DNA of 64,000 nucleotides from an uncultured virus (IMG/VR IMGVR_UViG_3300042997_000442) (taxonomy: Duplodnaviria > Heunggongvirae > Uroviricota > Caudoviricetes), in IMG/VR virus record IMGVR_UViG_3300042997_000442; one strand, given 5' to 3'. The notes beneath the pieces are model-generated. The model saw nothing but the letters and a program-made list of their open reading frames with translations. It was not told the origin of the DNA and made no database searches. Numbering within the stretch: the first letter of the stretch is position 1; the number at the start of each line of letters is the position of its first letter. Position numbers and translations under genes: made by a program. Shown here one piece after another: positions 58,182-64,000 of the stretch.

Positions 58182-60404
58182 TTAAATTATTTCAGATCTT
58201 GTACCTTGATTATTAAATCTCTTAATACCTAAATCTACTTTCTTTACTTGTCTTTCTGTTGTTGGTTTATATAAATTTCTATTACAAGCCATAATAGCTA
58301 GTCCAGAACTAATCGAGGCATCAAACTTACCTCTATTTCTTAAATCAAATTTAGCCCAGTCTTCCAAAGTCCTTTGAAAATACATTGAACCATAACCTGT
58401 TTCTAATAAACCTACATTCTTTTCTATATATGTTTCTATAGCGGCTGAATGTGCTTGTATTACATCTTCAGAAGAGTTTGGTATTCCACCTATCTCTTTT
58501 TCAGTTGCAGATAATTTATTCCAGATTTTATCCGGTCTATTCATAGAGTATTGTCTATAACCATTTCTTTTTAAATAATACAACAATCTAGGTTTATTAT
58601 TCTCTACTAATATTGGCATTCCATAAAAATGAATAGCCATTAGAACGTCTTCAAAAAATATCTCAGAAGTCTGAGGTCTAGCAACATATTCTAAGAAAAA
58701 CTGATTAGCTGGACAATCTTCCATACTAAACTTAGTTAATCCATGAACAGCACCGTTAGAACCTCCACCATCTACAGTACCTGATATATCATAAGGGTCA
58801 CAACCAAAAGCTCCCATGTGTTCATTACCAGGTGTTTTATTTCCATTTATTATTATACACTTATTCTGTAAGTTTCTAGGTGGAATCCATGAAACATAAA
58901 ATCTACCATCTCTGTTAGGCATAAATTCTACCTCAGTAAATCTTATACCATTTCTCCATTGAAAATTACCTTTAGTAACTATTCCTGTATTTCTAAGATC
59001 TTCATTATAATCAATCTGCTCGTATATCTTTGCTAGGTTGAAAATTGCATTTTTAGTTTCATCTCTAAATGCGTGTTTCTCAGTTCTAGGAAACTGTCTG
59101 TATAATTCGTTTAATGCGTCAGCATTATCCTTTAAACCTTCAGCTTCATTTTCCCAGTGTTCGATAACTCCAACGCTTATCATTTTACCATCTATACCTA
59201 AAATAGGTTTAGAAGGTGTATCAAAAACTGGCCAACCGTATCTATCTATGAAACCTTCGTAATTCCATTCCATTGGAATAAAGAGAGCATACAATCCTGA
59301 AGCTGTTTGACCATTCTTATTTCTTTTCTTTGGATCAGCGTCATAGTAAAGTTTTTTAAAATTACTACCACCTTTTTCTAAAGAGTTAGAGGTTGAACCC
59401 ATCATACACTTACCAACTATATTAGAACCAACTCTTAAACAAGTTTTAGTTACTCTCCAGTTGTTTAATATATTATCAGGTTTCTCCCACTTACCAGACT
59501 CGTCGTGTATTAAAAGTCTTAACTTTTCACCGTCATAACTGTTATCACCTGTGTTTCTCCAGTTTATAGTAGTATCTAATCCTACTATATCCTCTAATCT
59601 TTCTTTGTTATCAAGTTTTCTCCTTGTTAACTTAGAAGCAGGAACTCTATATGCTAATTCTGTTTTCGGTCTATCCATACCATCTTGGATAGGTTTGAAA
59701 AAGAACGGATAGTGAATAGATATAGGCACAACTTTATCGGTAAACATCGTCTTAGCATCATGCCCAGACTTTGATAATATACCAAATCTAGCATCACTAG
59801 TTATAGTGGCTTGATTAACAGTCTCAGCTGAACTCATAAAAGAAAATCCAGAACGTCTATTCTTAAGATAACACATGCCATAGCATCTCTCATCTGCTTT
59901 GCAAGCTTCCCAAAATATAAAGAATAATCTATTTGCTTCTCTATAATCTGGTAAACCAATATCTATCTTTGACCACTGTAGGTACATATAATAAGATCCG
60001 GTTATATAAGTAGGTGTTCCATTATTCATAAAGAAAAAACCTTCTTCCCTTCTCTTAAACTCAGTATCTATATAGTCATAGTGTTTGTTTTTAAAATCAT
60101 CTGTAAATAAATCCCAATCAAAAACATTCTTTATTTTCTGCAACTCTTTAGACATTTCTATAGGTTGCCAATACTGTTCTTCTTTTTTATTTGATCTAGA
60201 ATAACAATTCTCTACTTCAGGTAAAGCAATAAACACATCTTGTATTTCTATTACTTGACCTATCCTGCCTGTTTTACTTATAACTACAACATCATATTCC
60301 TTATCATACCCATATTGCCATTTCTTAAGTTTGTTTAACTTCTTTATAGCATTAGGACTAATGTAGTCATCGTGTATCTTAAATAAACTCTGTTCGTAAG
60401 CCAT
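58182..60404 (-). CDS. terL: Terminase large subunit
   Basis: LKNRRSGFS (Walker A-like), LLIHDESGK (Walker B), MGST, nuclease FGCDP, LVENN, FDASIS. Confidence 0.9.
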   Translation of the reverse strand: MAYEQSLFKIHDDYISPNAIKKLNKLKKWQYGYDKEYDVVVISKTGRIGQVIEIQDVFIALPEVENCYSRSNKKEEQYWQPIEMSKELQKIKNVFDWDLFTDDFKNKHYDYIDTEFKRREEGFFFMNNGTPTYITGSYYMYLQWSKIDIGLPDYREANRLFFIFWEACKADERCYGMCYLKNRRSGFSFMSSAETVNQATITSDARFGILSKSGHDAKTMFTDKVVPISIHYPFFFKPIQDGMDRPKTELAYRVPASKLTRRKLDNKERLEDIVGLDTTINWRNTGDNSYDGEKLRLLIHDESGKWEKPDNILNNWRVTKTCLRVGSNIVGKCMMGSTSNSLEKGGSNFKKLYYDADPKKRNKNGQTASGLYALFIPMEWNYEGFIDRYGWPVFDTPSKPILGIDGKMISVGVIEHWENEAEGLKDNADALNELYRQFPRTEKHAFRDETKNAIFNLAKIYEQIDYNEDLRNTGIVTKGNFQWRNGIRFTEVEFMPNRDGRFYVSWIPPRNLQNKCIIINGNKTPGNEHMGAFGCDPYDISGTVDGGGSNGAVHGLTKFSMEDCPANQFFLEYVARPQTSEIFFEDVLMAIHFYGMPILVENNKPRLLYYLKRNGYRQYSMNRPDKIWNKLSATEKEIGGIPNSSEDVIQAHSAAIETYIEKNVGLLETGYGSMYFQRTLEDWAKFDLRNRGKFDASISSGLAIMACNRNLYKPTTERQVKKVDLGIKRFNNQGTRSEII

Positions 60405-60405
60405 A

Positions 60406-60678
60406 CTATCTAGATCTACCTTCTGCGAAACCTTTAAAAGTCTTTCCAGAGTCTTCTATAGGTGTTTCTGTTAATAAAGATTCTTCTTGATCTATTCTAG
60501 TTAATATTTCAAAAGCATCAAATATGGCTAATTTTTTAGTAGCAGCAGCGTTTTTTAACCTATCTGCAGAAATATCATCATCACTACCTATAATAGGTTC
60601 TTCAGCTACTTTTATTAATTCCTCAACTGCCTTCCGCCCAGCTTGGATTATATTCAACTTCGTTTCCTTTGTACTCAT
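60406..60678 (-). CDS. Probable terminase small subunit
   Basis: Small helical protein immediately upstream of terL. Confidence 0.5.
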   Translation of the reverse strand: MSTKETKLNIIQAGRKAVEELIKVAEEPIIGSDDDISADRLKNAAATKKLAIFDAFEILTRIDQEESLLTETPIEDSGKTFKGFAEGRSR

Positions 60679-61246
60679 ATTTAATTATAATAGATTCTGT
60701 TGTAACTCTGTACAATCTTTGGTTTTCTACAATGAATTCATATTCACTGTCTGGTGTAAATCCAACTAAGTCTCCTTTATTGAATCCTAATGATTCTAAG
60801 ACAGGATTTGTGTATTTTAATATACCAACAAGGGGTTGTTCTTTTTCTGTCTCTAGAAATAAAGAATATGATTTCTTCTTTATTGGTTTTACAAAACAGT
60901 AAGCGTTTGGCGCTTTCCATTTTTTGTTATCTTCTTTGTAAAGAAATATTTGGTCATCATGACACATAAATTTATCTTCTTCAAAGAAAGAAGTACTGTT
61001 TTTCTCATTACCTCTAACATCGTAAAATCTTCTAAATACGTTATGATGAACAACTACAGAATCTCCCACTTTTATATCTGTATTGTTGATAAGAGGAGTT
61101 GCTAATACTTTACCTATTCTATTTACAAATCTGTGATCTTCTATTTGAGAGTTAAGTATTAACTTTTTACCGTCTACATCTTTTTCATTATTGTATCTAC
61201 CTTCTATAGGTTGTACGATAAATTTATAAATACTTCTACAGTTCAT
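60623..61246 (-). CDS. Tandem double GroES-like protein
   Basis: Two repeats of F(I/V)x(Q/K)P...G.(V/L)...(V/K)GD.V; second repeat ends in LYRV..ESII. Confidence 0.55.
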   Translation of the reverse strand: MNCRSIYKFIVQPIEGRYNNEKDVDGKKLILNSQIEDHRFVNRIGKVLATPLINNTDIKVGDSVVVHHNVFRRFYDVRGNEKNSTSFFEEDKFMCHDDQIFLYKEDNKKWKAPNAYCFVKPIKKKSYSLFLETEKEQPLVGILKYTNPVLESLGFNKGDLVGFTPDSEYEFIVENQRLYRVTTESIIIKYEYKGNEVEYNPSWAEGS

Positions 61247-61247
61247 A

Positions 61248-61472
61248 TTAGTATTCTAAATCGTATTCAACAGATATTGCCATGTTAGAATTAAACTTCT
61301 TCCACGGCATTACCTCATCATGTTTTTCGATGTATATATTATAGGAGTTGTCAATAGTATCAAAAAGAATATCAGTGATCTCATGACCACCGTATACATT
61401 TTGACCTACAGAATAATGCATCGCATCATTTTTGTAGTCTGAACCTATACTTATTTTTCTAATTTTCTTCAT
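61248..61472 (-). CDS. Conserved small phage protein
   Basis: IRKISIG.DYK..AMHY.VGQ. Confidence 0.65.
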   Translation of the reverse strand: MKKIRKISIGSDYKNDAMHYSVGQNVYGGHEITDILFDTIDNSYNIYIEKHDEVMPWKKFNSNMAISVEYDLEY

Positions 61473-61725
61473 CTTTAATTACATTTTCTTCTTCTTCTTC
61501 TTCTTTGTATTCTCCAGTTTCAATATTAATTAAAACTTTACCATACTTGTCTTCTAGTTCTTTTTTGATCTCAGAAAACTCATTACTAATACTTGCGTGT
61601 ATATGTAACAAGTTGTGTTTTTGTAATTCTAAAGATATAATATTAGAATTAATTTCGTTTAACTTACTAGTTGTTTCTTTGATCTTTGATAATTCGTTTT
61701 CTTCAATTTGTTTAACTACTTCCAT
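61459..61725 (-). CDS. Small coiled-coil protein
   Basis: LEDKYG...INIETGEY. Confidence 0.6.
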   Translation of the reverse strand: MEVVKQIEENELSKIKETTSKLNEINSNIISLELQKHNLLHIHASISNEFSEIKKELEDKYGKVLINIETGEYKEEEEEENVIKDEEN

Positions 61726-61748
61726 TTTTTTTATTTATTTGATTAATA

Positions 61749-62192
61749 TTAAAATATTTTGTATTCTAAAAATACATTGTTGCGTTGTTTACTATCAAAA
61801 GTTAGTTGACTATTTAAACCTAAAGCTAATCGTCTATATTCTAATTGTATGTTAGTATATATAAAACAGTTTAAGTAATATAGTTTGCTAGCAGCTCCAC
61901 CAAAATATAAGTGTAATTTTAGTTTTTTACTTCTACCTATAAAAGCTTCTTGCTTTTCTATATATGAATCTTTTTCTTTTAGAATAGAATCTTTTTCTTT
62001 TATGATAGATTCGAAGTTCTCTACCCGTTTATTGGTTAATCTTAATTGCTCTTTGCAAGAGTCATATCTTACTAAGTCTTTTACTACTTCTCTAGCAACA
62101 CTATCTGACAGTATCACTTTTGACGTATCTATTTGAGAAATACTTTTGAAGTTCACTAATAGGAATAGTATCAATAATCTTAATTGTGTCAT
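61749..62192 (-). CDS. Putative outer-membrane spanin-like protein
   Basis: Signal-like N-terminus, coiled coil, amphipathic beta strands ending in Phe; overlaps the upstream gene. Confidence 0.45.
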   Translation of the reverse strand: MTQLRLLILFLLVNFKSISQIDTSKVILSDSVAREVVKDLVRYDSCKEQLRLTNKRVENFESIIKEKDSILKEKDSYIEKQEAFIGRSKKLKLHLYFGGAASKLYYLNCFIYTNIQLEYRRLALGLNSQLTFDSKQRNNVFLEYKIF

Positions 62193-62415
62193 ATTCTTTT
62201 TGTTTTATATATTTAATTTTAGTAATTATACTTGTATTGTTTTTATATAAAGTGTCTATTATATACTGTTTTTCTTTAATCTTTACTTCTGTTTTAATCT
62301 TTTCTACACTAACGTCTTTATTTGGTATTAACAACATTAATAACCATATTAAAATAACTATAGAACCTAACCATTGATTTTTTATGAAGTTTATTATAGT
62401 AAATATGTTTATCAT
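62101..62415 (-). CDS. Putative inner-membrane spanin-like protein
   Basis: N-terminal TM helix and periplasmic helix; follows the endolysin. Confidence 0.45.
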   Translation of the reverse strand: MINIFTIINFIKNQWLGSIVILIWLLMLLIPNKDVSVEKIKTEVKIKEKQYIIDTLYKNNTSIITKIKYIKQKEYDTIKIIDTIPISELQKYFSNRYVKSDTVR

Positions 62416-62427
62416 ACTATTACTGTT

Positions 62428-62886
62428 TTAATCTTTAACTTGAAAATGCATCCAATCATAATTCTTTTCTCTACCTAACGACTCAAATCCATGTTTGTAA
62501 AATATGTCAATCATTGGTTTGTATTCTGGTCTTGCAAATCTAGCTGTCTTTGATGTTTCTTTTAATAAATTACGACCTGGGTTTAAGTCAATAGCGCAAC
62601 CCCAACTATGAACACTTAATTTACTACCACCTCTCATTAGACGGTAATTAAAGCATCCACCATAATCATCAATCTTTAACCTACTAATTTCATCTTGACC
62701 GTAAAAATCTAATATGTCATTAAAGATTGCTAATAGTTTATCTGCAACTAATTTATGACATCTTATTTTATTTACCTTCTTACCGTCATAATACATTGGG
62801 TAAGGTAAAGCAATCTGTACGATATATCCTTTACCATGTTCATTTGGAGTTCCGTATTTAGATATCAGTTGTTGTTGAGTTATCAT
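62428..62886 (-). CDS. Endolysin, peptidase M15 family
   Basis: YRLMRG..LSVHSWGCAIDLN...DWMHFQ. Confidence 0.88.
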   Translation of the reverse strand: MITQQQLISKYGTPNEHGKGYIVQIALPYPMYYDGKKVNKIRCHKLVADKLLAIFNDILDFYGQDEISRLKIDDYGGCFNYRLMRGGSKLSVHSWGCAIDLNPGRNLLKETSKTARFARPEYKPMIDIFYKHGFESLGREKNYDWMHFQVKD

Positions 62887-63100
62887 CTTTTATGTCTTTA
62901 GGACTTGTTGAATAATATAGTTTAAAAGAACCAATACAAACTGCTATTAGTCTTATTAAAGTAGGAATCCATAACGGAGCATCTAACTGTGTAAATAATT
63001 CATTTAGTATGTCAGTAGTTTGATCTATTATAGTTCCTATAACAACAAGTACAGGAAACATGTTTGCTTTAAACCAATTTAAAATATTATAATTCTTCAT
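62858..63100 (-). CDS. Putative holin
   Basis: Two hydrophobic segments, directly upstream of the endolysin. Confidence 0.5.
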   Translation of the reverse strand: MKNYNILNWFKANMFPVLVVIGTIIDQTTDILNELFTQLDAPLWIPTLIRLIAVCIGSFKLYYSTSPKDIKDDNSTTTDI

Positions 63101-63305
63101 TTTTGTTTTTCTTATTAGTCTTTAGATCTATTATTTTCATTACGGTATATACTATTGAAATACTAAGTAAAATCAATTTCATTGCTACTTCTACGTTAGT
63201 TATAGATACTGCTAGAGCAACACTGTTTATCATATATAATCTAAGATCTCCTAGGTTCATTATTATTTTTCTTTTGTAATTTTCAATAGTACTTATATTA
63301 CTCAT
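63087..63305 (-). CDS. Small membrane protein (holin-like; likely start 63260)
   Basis: Hydrophobic core and basic C-tail. Confidence 0.5.
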   Translation of the reverse strand: MSNISTIENYKRKIIMNLGDLRLYMINSVALAVSITNVEVAMKLILLSISIVYTVMKIIDLKTNKKNKNEEL

Positions 63306-63318
63306 TTAATTTATTTAT

Positions 63319-63678
63319 TTAGGTTTTTTTATTAGTGGCTTTTAAAAAGTATTTCATATCGTTTAACACTAAAAGTATCGATATAACACAAGTGCTAATC
63401 ATTAACCATTTTATATCTGGAAACCAAAGACTAAATAAACCTCCTGCAAATGTGCCAATAGCGGTTCTTACTATATCCATAACGTCAAAGTAAGACTTTA
63501 TAATAACTGATTGGCACCACTCCCAAAAAAATCCTATCATTGCACCTATAAATGCAGATGCTATAGGAACTCCTATAATTTTTCCGTCAAGCGTATACTC
63601 CGAAAAATCTGTAATACTTCCAATTAAATACATAATTGCAAATCCAATAAAAACGTGAAAACTGTCTCTTAATTTCAT
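63319..63678 (-). CDS. Four-TM membrane protein
   Basis: Hydrophobic; H...WEW.Q...D..D pattern (VanZ/YfiM-like). Confidence 0.55.
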   Translation of the reverse strand: MKLRDSFHVFIGFAIMYLIGSITDFSEYTLDGKIIGVPIASAFIGAMIGFFWEWCQSVIIKSYFDVMDIVRTAIGTFAGGLFSLWFPDIKWLMISTCVISILLVLNDMKYFLKATNKKT

Positions 63679-63679
63679 G

Positions 63680-64000
63680 TTAAAAACTTATTATTATTAC
63701 TAATCCATCTCCTCCTTTACCACCAGAACCACCTTGAGCTAGGGTAGCACCAGCACCTCCGCCCCCACCTCCAGAACCTATTCCACCATTACCACCTTTT
63801 CCACCATTTGCTGTTACAGAAGCTCCTCCTCCTGCACCACCTACAGAAAAAAATGGTTTCCATATTGTAACACCATCACCTCCATTAGTTCCATTGACTC
63901 CTGCTGTTGAAGAACTAACGCCTAGTGGTATTAATGGTGAGTATGTAGTTGATAATATTGAACCAGCTTGAAATATTACAGATGTGCTTGTAAAACCTCC
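63680..64000 (-). CDS. Glycine-rich tail protein, C-terminal part (enters from window end)
   Basis: ...GGAGGG...GGKGGDGLVIIISF*, a typical glycine-rich domain C-terminus. Confidence 0.7.
   Translation of the reverse strand, partial: GGFTSTSVIFQAGSILSTTYSPLIPLGVSSSTAGVNGTNGGDGVTIWKPFFSVGGAGGGASVTANGGKGGNGGIGSGGGGGGAGATLAQGGSGGKGGDGLVIIISF

Noticed and set aside
4594..62377. Many short antisense or nested ORFs in the ORF track (e.g. 4594+, 10314+, 17904-, 40030+, 53428+, 61505+)
   Set aside because: They are shadows of longer genes on the opposite strand or frame, with no independent support
1..64000. Stop-codon reassignment
   Set aside because: Genes are long and densely packed under the standard code, with no systematic fragmentation
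1..64000. Prophage or integrative element
   Set aside because: No integrase, att-like junction or flanking host genes recognised

Overview
Near-complete genome of an AT-rich tailed dsDNA phage, probably a podovirus-like phage of Bacteroidota (Flavobacterium-type host, inferred). Both window ends fall in what looks like the same glycine-rich tail gene, so the genome is probably circularly permuted and only slightly over 64 kb. The minus-strand block (34.8-64 kb, continuing into 1-12.3 kb) encodes lysis genes, terminase, portal, scaffold, major capsid, tail and ejection proteins, tail fibres, GroEL/GroES and a cluster of small Lys-rich SPxK-motif proteins. The plus-strand block (12.7-34.7 kb) has many small early genes, a sigma-70-like factor, recombination and replication genes (ERF, exonuclease, SSB, primase-helicase; no recognisable DNA polymerase), nucleotide-modification genes and a class II RNR. 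The most striking candidate system is a 2660-aa putative virion-ejected polyprotein. It carries a HExxH zincin motif, recurring K(P/A)SL motifs at module boundaries and an embedded sigma-70 region-2-like domain. Eight exactly spaced AACAAACYAAAWACG-N10-GATAATA motifs precede early genes and do not fit the host promoter consensus, which suggests an injected, proteolytically released sigma factor (hypothesis). Other signals are a triplicated first early gene with a covarying RNA pseudoknot, a roughly 400-nt structured ncRNA candidate next to a tRNA-like element, four dispersed 44-46 bp inverted-repeat sites, an over-represented GTGTATAGCA 10-mer and a tandem double-GroES protein. All calls come from visual motif recognition; no searches were run.
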